Source: Ruminococcaceae bacterium UBA1320 (GTDB lineage: Bacteria > Bacillota > Clostridia > Oscillospirales > Ethanoligenentaceae). From it: a DNA stretch of 59,408 bases. Below the pieces are notes generated by a model. That model was not told the DNA's origin. It worked only from the letters and a program-made list of their open reading frames with translations, and ran no database searches. A program made the position numbers and the translations under genes. Position 1 is the stretch's first letter. The number at the start of each line of letters is the position of its first letter. This document shows, piece by piece, positions 41,530-52,225 of this stretch. The DNA is taken from NCBI GenBank assembly GCA_002306975.1, contig DBTI01000094.1, forward strand, positions 1,193-60,600, read 5' to 3'.

Positions 41530-42348
41530 TTATATTTCAATGAATTTAGGGTCATACATTACTTTTGCGTGATTTTTTTTTATCATCTGCCGGTCGATCA
41601 GTTTGCCGCTTAGTTTATCAACACAGTCACGGTATATTTTATTGTTTCTGTAATAATAACCGTCCTCTTCCTTTGAAAAATTTTCACCCTCGGCTTTTAT
41701 GTGGTATTTGACCGGCAAGGGTCTTAATGAACGTATTTCTCCGCAAAGATATTCGTCATTTGTGTAAACAACAAGCTGAAACGGCATATCCGTTGTGTTT
41801 TTGAACCGGTAGTCGAGGTAATTGTGCTTGATCGATGTGCCGACGCCGAACGGAACCTGCCGCCCGAAATCGGGGAAAAGGTCTACTCCGTCATGGTGAT
41901 GGTGCTCGGTGATCTCCATGGGCGTGTGCAGCACGAGCCAGTGAATCAGATTGGTAAACTGGCACATGCCTCCCCCTACCCCACTCTTTGTGTCGCCGCC
42001 GCTTATAATCAACCCCTCTTTGTAGCCATTTCTTTTTGTGCAGGAACCGACCAGCCTCCAAAACGAAAAGGTTTCGCCCGGATTTATAATGATTCCGGAA
42101 ATTTTGGGAGTCGCAAGTTTTAAATTGTTTGCCTTATTTTCCTGAAGCCGCATATCAACGTTGCCAAGCTTGCGCCTGATTAGCGATTTATGCTCACAGA
42201 TGACAACGGGAAGCGGTTTGTTATGTTTTTCTTTTGCAAAATTATCACTGGAAACCGCATCTTTAAAATATCGCATAAGCTTACATTTTAGCACAGAAAT
42301 TTTGTATGTGAACGGGGAAAGTTCGCAAAATAGCTTACGTTTTTTCAT
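41530..42348 (-). CDS. VanW family protein
   Basis: PGETFSFW, GGGMCQ, YLDYRFKN. Confidence 0.88.
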   Translation of the reverse strand: MKKRKLFCELSPFTYKISVLKCKLMRYFKDAVSSDNFAKEKHNKPLPVVICEHKSLIRRKLGNVDMRLQENKANNLKLATPKISGIIINPGETFSFWRLVGSCTKRNGYKEGLIISGGDTKSGVGGGMCQFTNLIHWLVLHTPMEITEHHHHDGVDLFPDFGRQVPFGVGTSIKHNYLDYRFKNTTDMPFQLVVYTNDEYLCGEIRSLRPLPVKYHIKAEGENFSKEEDGYYYRNNKIYRDCVDKLSGKLIDRQMIKKNHAKVMYDPKFIEI

Positions 42349-42435
42349 ACCCTTTTCCGCCCTCTTGATCTAAGATTATACCCTTCATTGTAATACCTTA
42401 AAATGGAAAATTCAATAGTATTCCATAAATAATGC

Positions 42436-42900
42436 CTAATTGCCTGTTAACAGCGCTTCGTAATTTGCAAGGATACCGCCCACAGGGCGCTTTTCATAAA
42501 AAAGCTTCCACCTCAGCCAATCGTCAAGATATATCGCGAATGGCATGAGCAGAAACCAAAAAAAGGCGTAAAGCAGGCAAATCTGACCACTTATATTGAG
42601 CGGCATGGTGCTGTAATCCCAGATACCCAGCGATAGCTTGATGTTGAGAATATAGCCGCTTATGTATTCTATAAAAAGCGTGGTTAATGTGCCGATCAGG
42701 CTTTGCTGCCACATGCGGCGGTCACAAAATGTAGGGTGCTGATTGATAAGCCCTATGCAAAGCCCGCACAGTCCTCCGACCCAAATCATTGGTAGATATG
42801 TAACGCCCCGCCACAAAAGCTCGACCGTCACATAGATCATTCCAAGAACAAACCATAGAACCATAAGCCGCCAGATATGCCTTAACAGCCTCATCGCCAT
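42436..42900 (-). CDS. Membrane protein (putative ABC transporter permease, CmpB-like family)
   Basis: ELLWRG, EYISGYILN..LGIWDYS..PLNISGQIC. Confidence 0.8.
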   Translation of the reverse strand: MAMRLLRHIWRLMVLWFVLGMIYVTVELLWRGVTYLPMIWVGGLCGLCIGLINQHPTFCDRRMWQQSLIGTLTTLFIEYISGYILNIKLSLGIWDYSTMPLNISGQICLLYAFFWFLLMPFAIYLDDWLRWKLFYEKRPVGGILANYEALLTGN

Positions 42901-43013
42901 CCCCCCGAAATAAAAAGAGATTTACCCTGCCGTTCCCTATAAAGCATATGACAGAAGAAAAAACCGTATTCCCTTTTCAACCATGGTAATTACAATATTA
43001 AAGCGGATTAGAT

Positions 43014-43095
43014 TTGTTATATCCCCGCCGAAGCGGATGGCCTCCGGCAAAGCGCCTTGAAAAGCAGTGAAACAGCACTGCTTTTCAAGGCGCTT
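43014..43095. repeat. Partial REP-like copy G fused to a perfect 20-bp hairpin
   Basis: TTGTTATATCCCCGCCGAAGCGGATGGCCTCCGGC then AAGCGCCTTGAAAAGCAGTG-N6-CACTGCTTTTCAAGGCGCTT. Confidence 0.6.
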
Positions 43096-43275
43096 GTTCT
43101 GCTGATTATTAAAAAACAATCACAATTTAATATTCAGTTCATGTTATATTAACAACTTAGGTCTAATATAAAATTGTAATAATTTATCCAATATTTTCTT
43201 GTGCTTTTACTATTTGTGCATTCCGAAATTGATTTTATAAATGGAGTGCTGATCTTTAAAGAACGGAGGATGTTT

Positions 43276-43701
43276 ATGTCAATTGCGTCAATCGCGTCAC
43301 AAAATCAAACCAACTGGTCCAGCCTCACGAACACATCCAGCGCACTCACCAAACCATCGAGCGCAACAACCGCATCGTCGTCATCAGAATCATCAAGTTC
43401 TTCAAGCAGTCCGACAACAGTAACCTCAAGCGATGCTACTACCTTGCAGCAGCAGGCACAGGAAATCCAAACAGAGATTGGTAATCTGCAAAACAGCGGC
43501 GGATCCTCATCAGAAATTCAAAAACTTGAAAAGACACTTGAGGATATTCAAGAAAGGCTCGCCGAGCTTGCTAAAAATGAATCATCTCAGTCCAATGAAA
43601 ACTCTAAAGCAACTGAACAGGCACAGGGCAATGCCCAAACAAGTCAGATGCTACAGTCAATTAGTACAAGCGTTGGCTCTCAAATGGACGAAATCGCATA
43701 A
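43276..43701 (+). CDS. Ser-rich coiled-coil protein (FlxA-like)
   Basis: GGAGG RBS; MSIASI start, Gln-rich coiled coil, C-terminal GSQMDEIA. Confidence 0.65.
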   Translation: MSIASIASQNQTNWSSLTNTSSALTKPSSATTASSSSESSSSSSSPTTVTSSDATTLQQQAQEIQTEIGNLQNSGGSSSEIQKLEKTLEDIQERLAELAKNESSQSNENSKATEQAQGNAQTSQMLQSISTSVGSQMDEIA

Positions 43702-43962
43702 TTCTTAATGCGAAATCAACCCTCTTTACCGTAGCTATTTAAACTGCGTTAAAGGGGGCTGGTTTTTCAATATCAAAATATTTTATCAATGATCCAATAA
43801 TCTATAAATATTAATGAGATGATGAATTGTTTTTGTTTTTCCTCGCTTCCGGCAGGGAGAACATGCCCTGATCTTCCTTTTTAAAAATATAATCTATAAG
43901 AATCGTATAATTTTTTTAAACTAATGGCATTATAAAATCAAAAGTTGAAAGCTGATGATTTC

Positions 43963-44202
43963 ATGCAGTACTATATATTGAAAGAGATAAACAGCGTCGG
44001 TAAAATTGAAGACGGCAAGGCGTATCTCTATGACAAAGAAAAAGCCAACTGGCAGTTTGACAACGCCAATTTTTTAAGAAGCAGGGTCTCTCATTATCAA
44101 GGCGATACTGCGCAGCACCCGGCAGACAACAACCCGATTCCGTCGCTTGCGCAGCAGGTGAGTGAAGACGAGGCGCAAAAGTATATAAATATGCGTTTAT
44201 AA
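43963..44202 (+). CDS. Hypothetical protein (79 aa)
   Basis: MQYYILKE...; followed by terminator 44209-44232. Confidence 0.65.
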   Translation: MQYYILKEINSVGKIEDGKAYLYDKEKANWQFDNANFLRSRVSHYQGDTAQHPADNNPIPSLAQQVSEDEAQKYINMRL

Positions 44203-44208
44203 AAATTT

Positions 44209-44232
44209 AAGCCCGCCATACGGCGGGCTTTT
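44209..44232. terminator. Bidirectional terminator
   Basis: AAGCCCGCC-ATAC-GGCGGGCTTTT. Confidence 0.75.
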
Positions 44233-44261
44233 GCGATACCTATTTTAGTATTTTACGCAGT

Positions 44262-46031
44262 TCATTCAAAGTCTGTAAAGGCGTTGTTTTCAAGCCCCTC
44301 AAACTGCATGTTATAGTATCTGGCGTAGATTCCGCCTGTTTTGAGAAGACTTTCGTGATTGCCGCGTTCTTTTATGCCCTCATCGGTTATTACGATTATC
44401 TCGTCCGCTCCCCTCACTGTGCTGAGCCTGTGCGCGATTACTATTGTGGTGCGGTTTTGGGCAAGGCTGTCGAGCGACCTCTGAATATAGCGCTCACTCT
44501 CGTTATCCAGAGCGGAGGTAGCCTCGTCGAGAATCAGAATCGGCGGGTTTTTCAAAAACACGCGCGCGATTGAAATGCGCTGTTTTTGACCGCCCGAAAG
44601 GCGGACGCCGCGCTCGCCGACATAAGTATCATAACCTTCCTCAAGCGACATGATAAAGTCATGGATATTGGCGTGCTTTGCAGCCTCCATGATCTCTTCA
44701 AACGTTGCTTCAGGCTTTCCGTATGCTATGTTCTCTTTTACGCTACCAGCAAAGAGGTAAACCTCTTGCTGTACCACACCGATCGCGTTTCGAAGTGACT
44801 CCTGCTTGAAGCTGCGGATATCAGTACCGTCAATAAGGATGCTGCCGCCTGTTACGTCGTAAAAACGAGGCAGCAGCGAGCAGATGGTGGTTTTTCCGCC
44901 GCCCGACGGCCCGACAAGCGCAATCTTGCGCCCCGCCGGAATTTTTATATTCACATTATCAAGCACATTCTGCTCATTGTCATAGCTGAACGACACATTT
45001 TTAAATTCAATGTCGCCCTTTACGTCCACAAGCGGGGCGGCGTTTTTATCGTCAATAATTTCCGGCTGTGTTTCCACGACCTCAAGAAAACGCTTGAAGC
45101 CCGCGTAGCCCTTTTGAAAAAGCTCGGTAAAATTGATAAGAAGATCGATGGGGTTTATAAAAATGTTGATATAAAGCGCGTAGACGGCAAGGTCGGCAAT
45201 GCCAAGAGAACCGTCGATTATAAAGAACCCGCCGGAAATAATAATGACGATATACAAAAGGCCCTCAAAAAACGAGTTGGTGGCGTTATAGCGGCCCATT
45301 ATCATGTAATTGTTAACCTTGGATTCGAGAAAGGCGTTGTTGCCTTTATCAAATTTCCTGCGCTCGACCCTTTCATTTGCAAACGATTTTACAACGCGGA
45401 CTCCCGAAAGGCTGTCCTGCACGATTGAATTTACTCCCGCGATTTTAACCCTGTTGTCATAAAATATCGACGACATCTTTTTGTTTTCAAGGTATGAATA
45501 GATAATCATGATGACTGTGACAACAACGAGAATCAGCGTCATTTTTACATTAATCATCATAAGGATAATAAAAGAACCAATGATCTTTATTGCAGAAATA
45601 AACAGATTTTCCGGCCCGTGGTGGGCAAGTTCGGAGATGTCAAACAGGTCGGAAACAAGCTTTGACATCATTTCACCTGTGTTGTTTTTATCATAATACG
45701 AAAAAGACAGCTTTTGCAGGTGGTAAAAAAGGTCGCGACGCATGTCACTCTCCATACGCGCGCCCATGATGTGCCCCCATGAGGTTATAAAATGCTGACC
45801 GAAGTATTTAATTAAATACATGGTGACAAGGCCAAGCCCGACAAAACCGATCGTGTGCAATATCACGCTGCTGCCCTGAGTGAACAGCGATTTTGACAGA
45901 TAGCTCAGTATAAGCGGAAAAGCAAGGTCAACCGCCGAAACAACGAGCGCGCAGAACAAATCCGCGTAAAAAAGCCCCCTGTAGGGCTTGTAATATTTCA
46001 CAAACTTTTTTAAGGTTCCTAATTTATTCAA
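44262..46031 (-). CDS. ABC transporter fused permease/ATPase (YwjA/MsbA-like)
   Basis: TMD plus GPSGGGKTT, LSGGQKQR, LDEATSALD. Confidence 0.95.
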   Translation of the reverse strand: MNKLGTLKKFVKYYKPYRGLFYADLFCALVVSAVDLAFPLILSYLSKSLFTQGSSVILHTIGFVGLGLVTMYLIKYFGQHFITSWGHIMGARMESDMRRDLFYHLQKLSFSYYDKNNTGEMMSKLVSDLFDISELAHHGPENLFISAIKIIGSFIILMMINVKMTLILVVVTVIMIIYSYLENKKMSSIFYDNRVKIAGVNSIVQDSLSGVRVVKSFANERVERRKFDKGNNAFLESKVNNYMIMGRYNATNSFFEGLLYIVIIISGGFFIIDGSLGIADLAVYALYINIFINPIDLLINFTELFQKGYAGFKRFLEVVETQPEIIDDKNAAPLVDVKGDIEFKNVSFSYDNEQNVLDNVNIKIPAGRKIALVGPSGGGKTTICSLLPRFYDVTGGSILIDGTDIRSFKQESLRNAIGVVQQEVYLFAGSVKENIAYGKPEATFEEIMEAAKHANIHDFIMSLEEGYDTYVGERGVRLSGGQKQRISIARVFLKNPPILILDEATSALDNESERYIQRSLDSLAQNRTTIVIAHRLSTVRGADEIIVITDEGIKERGNHESLLKTGGIYARYYNMQFEGLENNAFTDFE

Positions 46032-46056
46032 AATTTCCTCCTGTATTGTTCAGCCG

Positions 46057-46743
46057 TTATTCTGCGAAGAAATCACGGCGCAGCAACGCTGCGTTTTGCT
46101 TGAACCATTCTCTTCTTGGCGCGTAATCGGGCATCAGCTCGGCGACACGCCGCCAAAACGCGCTTGAATGATCCGGGTGCCCGATATGTGAAAGCTCGTG
46201 CGCCACAACGTAATCTATTTTGTCGACAGGCGCCATGGCAAGGCGCCAGGTAAAGCACAGCCTGCCACCCGCGGAGCATGAGCCCCAGCGCGTCAGCGCG
46301 CTTGTAATTTTAAGCGATGCATACCGCACCCCCGCTTTTGCCGCAAAATAGTCCACACGCTCACGCAGCGTTCTATACGCCTGTTCCTTATACCACCCTG
46401 TTATCGCAAGCTGCGCGTTGCCTTTTAAGCTTTGCGGAACCAGAAGCCGCCCGCCGTCTATGTAGATTTGAGACACGCCGTTTTGAAAAGACAGGGCATA
46501 TTCTTTGCCAAGCAGTTCAAAGGTTTCGCCCTCGGCGCAGTGCTTTGGCGGGTGCTTTTCGTCGCGCGCCAAAACATCGCTCTGCTTTTTGAGCACCCAG
46601 TCGCGTTTTTCTTCCACCGCTTTTTCAATAAAACGATTCGGGGTTCTTAGCGGAGCACGCACAACAAGAAGCGCGTCGCGCGTTATTTCAAGGGCAATCG
46701 TACGGCGCTTTGATTTTATGATTTTATCTATTTTGAGTTTCAT
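46057..46743 (-). CDS. YgjP-like / M48-SprT zinc metallo-hydrolase
   Basis: RWGSCS, YVVAHELSH..H..HS..FW. Confidence 0.9.
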   Translation of the reverse strand: MKLKIDKIIKSKRRTIALEITRDALLVVRAPLRTPNRFIEKAVEEKRDWVLKKQSDVLARDEKHPPKHCAEGETFELLGKEYALSFQNGVSQIYIDGGRLLVPQSLKGNAQLAITGWYKEQAYRTLRERVDYFAAKAGVRYASLKITSALTRWGSCSAGGRLCFTWRLAMAPVDKIDYVVAHELSHIGHPDHSSAFWRRVAELMPDYAPRREWFKQNAALLRRDFFAE

Positions 46744-47030
46744 TACCCCTCACCATGTTTTTGCAACGATTTTCATCTGATGTGACGCGGCATGAGCATA
46801 TGGCTACACAAATTAACACACCTTGAATAATTTATTAAGCTTATATGCACACAGCGTCAATCAGTATCTTTTGATTTTAACGCAATCGCGGTAAAAAGTC
46901 AAAGTGCAGATTGAATTATATTATTTGGTGTGATACACTGTAGCTGTTATTATGGCAATTTGTTTCAGATATTACATATATCTTTATTTGCTATGCGGTA
47001 ATTTTAATATTTAATTAGGGGGTTACGAAT

Positions 47031-47222
47031 ATGTATGAGTACGAGTTTTTCAGAATCGACCTCGGTTTTGGATTTGACAGAGAGCCTTCTCAGGATTATC
47101 ATGAGCTTATAAATGAACAGGCAAAAAGCGGATGGAGACTCGTGCAGATTTTCGCCCCACCTACACATGGTGTTGGAAAAGCGACATTTTATGAGTTAAT
47201 ATTTGAACGTGAAATAAAGTGA
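47031..47222 (+). CDS. DUF4177 family small protein
   Basis: YEYEF...GWRLVQ...ELIFER; RBS AGGGGG. Confidence 0.8.
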   Translation: MYEYEFFRIDLGFGFDREPSQDYHELINEQAKSGWRLVQIFAPPTHGVGKATFYELIFEREIK

Positions 47223-47263
47223 CAAAACAAGATCTTACGGTAATCGTGAGATCTTGTTTTGTC
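47221..47263 (+). terminator. Intrinsic terminator
   Basis: GACAAAACAAGATCTTACG/CGTGAGATCTTGTTTTGTC. Confidence 0.7.
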
Positions 47264-47264
47264 T

Positions 47265-47378
47265 TTATCGCAATTTTAAATAAAAACAGCAAATCAGAAT
47301 ATTATCTATCCGCCGAAGCAGATGGCTTTCGGCGGGGAAAATAAAAAACCATTCCGCTTTATTTTTGTAATTGTAATA
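47265..47378. repeat. Extended REP-like element, copy I
   Basis: Left flank TTATCGCAATTTTAAATAAAAACAGCAAATCAGAAT resembles 36857-36892; core CCGCCGAAGCAGATGGCTTTCGGCGG. Confidence 0.7.
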
Positions 47379-47385
47379 GCGGCAA

Positions 47386-48702
<1,317 letters not shown>

Positions 48703-48852
48703 CTATATTGTTACCAATAATTTCTTTGTTATTACAAAGGCCGAAAGGAATAAATCCTATCCTTTACCGCAACCGCTTTCCTATGAATCTTTCGGAATAA
48801 AATTCGCCTCAAACCGCAAGATTTTTATCTCCTTGTAATTTGAGGCGGGCTT

Positions 48853-49839
48853 TTACTTCTTCACGGCACTGTTCATTGCTTGTTCCTTTATCCTCGACAT
48901 TGCTTTAAAAAACTCCTGCGGTTCTTCAAACATGGGGTTATGCGCGGAATTTTCAAAGAAAACAAGCTCTTTTGACGGCGCTTCTATTGTTTCGCAGTAT
49001 TTTTCAACAAGCTCAAACGGCGTGGTATAATCGTGCCGCCCAGCCAAAAAGCAGACCGGAATTTCCACCTTTTTAACCTTGTTTAAAAAGTCAACCTCAA
49101 ACGCCCAGTCAATCGACATGATTTTCAGGGTGACAAGCTGACCTCTGATCCAGTTGATTTTATTGATAAATGTGTAATCATGCGATTTTAAAAAGGTCTT
49201 TGTGAGCATACTCGATACTTTCTTATCGTATATGACAGCGCCGTATTTTTTCAGAACATCACGCTGCGCAATGCAGCCCTTTCTGCCGTTTACATAGCTG
49301 CCATCGCGGAATTCCCCTTTGCCGAGCAGTTTTTTAAGGGCAGCTTGATCATTTTTCTTTTTTGCCGTTTCAAGGGCAAAATTATAGCCTGTCTGCTCAC
49401 TCATGATACCGTTTACCATTTGACCCATACCGATATAAGCGTAAATATTTTCAGGGTGATTATATACCTCAGTAAGCCCTAAATATGTACCCCATGAATG
49501 CCCGAGAATAAACAGCTTTTCTTTATCAAGTCGCTTTTTAAGATACTCAACGATTTCATGTGTATCTGCCATGAACTGTGCTACGTTTAACGATTCTTTA
49601 GGCACATGTTTTGAAAAAGATTTGCCGGCGCCGCGCTGATCCCAGTTTACTACTGTAAATATGCTTTGCAAATTGCGGTTAACTGCATTGACAATCGGCA
49701 TTTCTGTGCCGCCCGGCCCGCCATGGAGCACAAGCACCACCGGATTTGACAAATCCTCGCCTTTTATCGAAATCCACTGATCCACGCCGCCGATGCTAAC
49801 CTTTTCTACAGTGTCTATGCTGTTTATATCTTGTGTCAT
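48853..49839 (-). CDS. Alpha/beta hydrolase (proline iminopeptidase-like)
   Basis: HGGPG, DQRGAGKS, GHSWG nucleophile, SAH. Confidence 0.9.
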   Translation of the reverse strand: MTQDINSIDTVEKVSIGGVDQWISIKGEDLSNPVVLVLHGGPGGTEMPIVNAVNRNLQSIFTVVNWDQRGAGKSFSKHVPKESLNVAQFMADTHEIVEYLKKRLDKEKLFILGHSWGTYLGLTEVYNHPENIYAYIGMGQMVNGIMSEQTGYNFALETAKKKNDQAALKKLLGKGEFRDGSYVNGRKGCIAQRDVLKKYGAVIYDKKVSSMLTKTFLKSHDYTFINKINWIRGQLVTLKIMSIDWAFEVDFLNKVKKVEIPVCFLAGRHDYTTPFELVEKYCETIEAPSKELVFFENSAHNPMFEEPQEFFKAMSRIKEQAMNSAVKK

Positions 49840-49993
49840 TTATCTTGCCTCCGTCAAATCTTTTGAAATTGCAAAATCAAAGCAGAATAGTTTTACTCTG
49901 CTTTCCCATTGTTTTAAGTATATTACCAAAATCCCATAATCGCAATAAGGTCACCGGCAGATACTGCCGACGACCTTATGTATGATTATCGCT

Positions 49994-51226
49994 TTATTTC
50001 TGGCGGTAGTCGAACATGCGTTTGCTCTTTTTTTCGCTGCGTGGCAGCTCACCGAGCGCGACCGCCTCAACTTCTATCTTTATGCCGATTTTGTGTTTGA
50101 AGGCGGAGGCCACCGATTGCGCCACAGCCGCCGCGTCTGTTCCCGGCTGGCGCTCAACCTTCAGCTTGAAGACATCTCTGCCTTCCTCGTGCGTAATATG
50201 TACCTGATATTCGCTGCTGACGCCTTCGCACAATTTAAGCACGTTGTTTATCTGCCCTGGGTAGATGTTAACGCCCTTGACCTTGACCATATCGTCGGTT
50301 CTGCCCATGATGCGGTCGATTAACGGATAATCTCTGCCGCATGAGCATTTCTTTGGCAGGATGCGTGTTAAGTCATGTGTGCGGTAACGTACAAGCGGTG
50401 CCGCCTGTTTTTTCAGTGTGGTTACGACAAGCTCGCCCCATTCGCCGTCTTTAACCGGTTTTCCTTCATCGTCGACAACTTCAAAATAAAGAAAATCGTC
50501 AAAGTAGTGCAGACCTTCGTGCTTATCGCAGTCGATCGCGATGCCCGGCCCGTAAACCTCGGTTAAGCCGTAAATATCGAACAGTTCAATGTTAAGCTCG
50601 TCATGTATGCGCCTGCGCATCAAATCGCCCCACAGCTCAGAGCCGATGATGCCGCGCTTCAGGCTAAGCTTATCTTTTATGCCGCGGCGTTGAGCCTCTT
50701 CGGCAATGAGCAGCGCGTATGACGAGGTTGAGCACAGCACCGTGCTTCTTAAATCTATCATCATCTGAAACTGTTTGTCGGTGTTGCCCGGGCCCATCGG
50801 CACAGCCATTGCGCCGAGCTTTTCACAGCCAGCTTGAAAACCGATGCCCGCAGTCCACAGACCATAGCCCGGTGTTATCTGAATAACATCCCTTTTCGTT
50901 ATGCCGGCAATCGAATAACAGCGCGCAAACATCGTCGCCCAGTCTTCAACATCCTGCCTTGTATACGGAATGATAACAGGGCTGCCCGTTGTGCCTGAGG
51001 TGGAATGAATCCTCACTACCTGCTCCTGCGGGACAGACAGAAGACCCATTGGGTAAGCCTCGCGAAGCGCTTCTTTATCTGTAAGCGGCAGCTTATTAAA
51101 ATCGTCCGGCGATTTTATATCATCCGCTGTTATGCCCGCATTTTCATAAATTCCCTTATAAAAAGGGCTTGTCTCAAACACGCGGTCAAGCAGTGTTTTG
51201 ATTTGCCCAAAAACCTCGTTTGTCAT
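49994..51226 (-). CDS. paaK: Phenylacetate/arylacetate-CoA ligase
   Basis: HSTSGTTG, YGLWTAG, YGLTE, RYRTHD, GRTDDM, LPRSEKK; ATG 51226 after GGAGG. Confidence 0.9.
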   Translation of the reverse strand: MTNEVFGQIKTLLDRVFETSPFYKGIYENAGITADDIKSPDDFNKLPLTDKEALREAYPMGLLSVPQEQVVRIHSTSGTTGSPVIIPYTRQDVEDWATMFARCYSIAGITKRDVIQITPGYGLWTAGIGFQAGCEKLGAMAVPMGPGNTDKQFQMMIDLRSTVLCSTSSYALLIAEEAQRRGIKDKLSLKRGIIGSELWGDLMRRRIHDELNIELFDIYGLTEVYGPGIAIDCDKHEGLHYFDDFLYFEVVDDEGKPVKDGEWGELVVTTLKKQAAPLVRYRTHDLTRILPKKCSCGRDYPLIDRIMGRTDDMVKVKGVNIYPGQINNVLKLCEGVSSEYQVHITHEEGRDVFKLKVERQPGTDAAAVAQSVASAFKHKIGIKIEVEAVALGELPRSEKKSKRMFDYRQK

Positions 51227-51384
51227 AATACTAATCCTCCATTTCCCCACCTTGCACCTGCGGTGAGCAATTCGCGCTTTATATTATTTTAATAAAGAAC
51301 CTATTTGTCGCGATATTTAATCTTCGAATAAATTTTTTAAACACTATTTATCACAATTTTCAATCTTCAATTAAGTATAATCAA

Positions 51385-51543
51385 GAACCCGTCGCAAGCT
51401 GATGGCTATAAAAGCTGCTCAGCTTACCTGCGAATTGCCTCAAGTGCAACTTGCGTGAATCGCCTCAAGTGCAACTTGAACCCGTCGCGAGCTGATATCT
51501 ATAAAAGTCGCTCAACTTATTCGCGAATTGCCTCCAGTGCAAA
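51385..51543. repeat. Diverged tandem duplication of the iorB 3' end and trailer
   Basis: 51385-51450 versus 51478-51543, plus a partial third copy at 51454-51478. Confidence 0.8.
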
Positions 51544-52116
51544 CTGGAAAGCTTTTGAGTTGAGGTCTTTGAATTTTGGCGGCACATTTTCGCTGATAAC
51601 CGTCAGAAATCTTTCCTTGTCAAAGGGAAGGAACCCCGCTCCGGCGGCAGCACCAAGCATGACGACATTTGCGGCCTTTAGCGAGCCCGCTTCGGCCGCA
51701 ATCGCAAGCGCGTCGATAACTACAAGCCGTTTCACTTTATCTTTTATGTATTGCAGCATTCTTTCGCTGTCGTATTTCGCTAAACCGAGAGAAACGGAAA
51801 CAGGATTTATCACCTGCTTGTTTAAAACTACCGCTCCGCCTTCTTTTAAACGGCTGAGGCTTCGGACGGTCTCACATAACTCAAAACCGATGATGAGGTC
51901 GGCCTGCCCCTGCGGCACAGCCGAACTTAGAACATCGCCGCCAATACGAACGTTGCTTGTAACACAACCGCCGCGCTGTGACATGCCGATCGTTTCACTT
52001 GTGCGTGCCTTAAAGCCGGCGTCAATCGCGGCGGCTCCCAGAAGACGTGAAGCAAGTACCTGTCCCTGCCCTCCGACACCGGTAATCAAAATATCACATT
52101 TCATCTTAAGCCCCAT
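51517..52116 (-). CDS. iorB: Indolepyruvate:ferredoxin oxidoreductase beta subunit
   Basis: GVGGQG, ETIGMSQRGG, NVVMLG. Confidence 0.93.
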   Translation of the reverse strand: MGLKMKCDILITGVGGQGQVLASRLLGAAAIDAGFKARTSETIGMSQRGGCVTSNVRIGGDVLSSAVPQGQADLIIGFELCETVRSLSRLKEGGAVVLNKQVINPVSVSLGLAKYDSERMLQYIKDKVKRLVVIDALAIAAEAGSLKAANVVMLGAAAGAGFLPFDKERFLTVISENVPPKFKDLNSKAFQFALEAIRE

Positions 52117-52225
52117 TTCTCCGCAGGCTCAAAACGCACATTTATAACAAAGCCAATTTTCTGCGGAGAAATGGCTTTGCATGGCAAAGTTGCGGCTGAA
52201 AGCCGAAAGGCGAGTTGAATTTTAT

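Noticed and set aside
41530-42348. VanW as evidence of vancomycin resistance
   Set aside because: No van ligase, vanH/X or vanRS nearby; stand-alone VanW-domain genes are common
51455-52147. 230-aa plus-strand ORF
   Set aside because: Antisense to iorB; no motif or RBS
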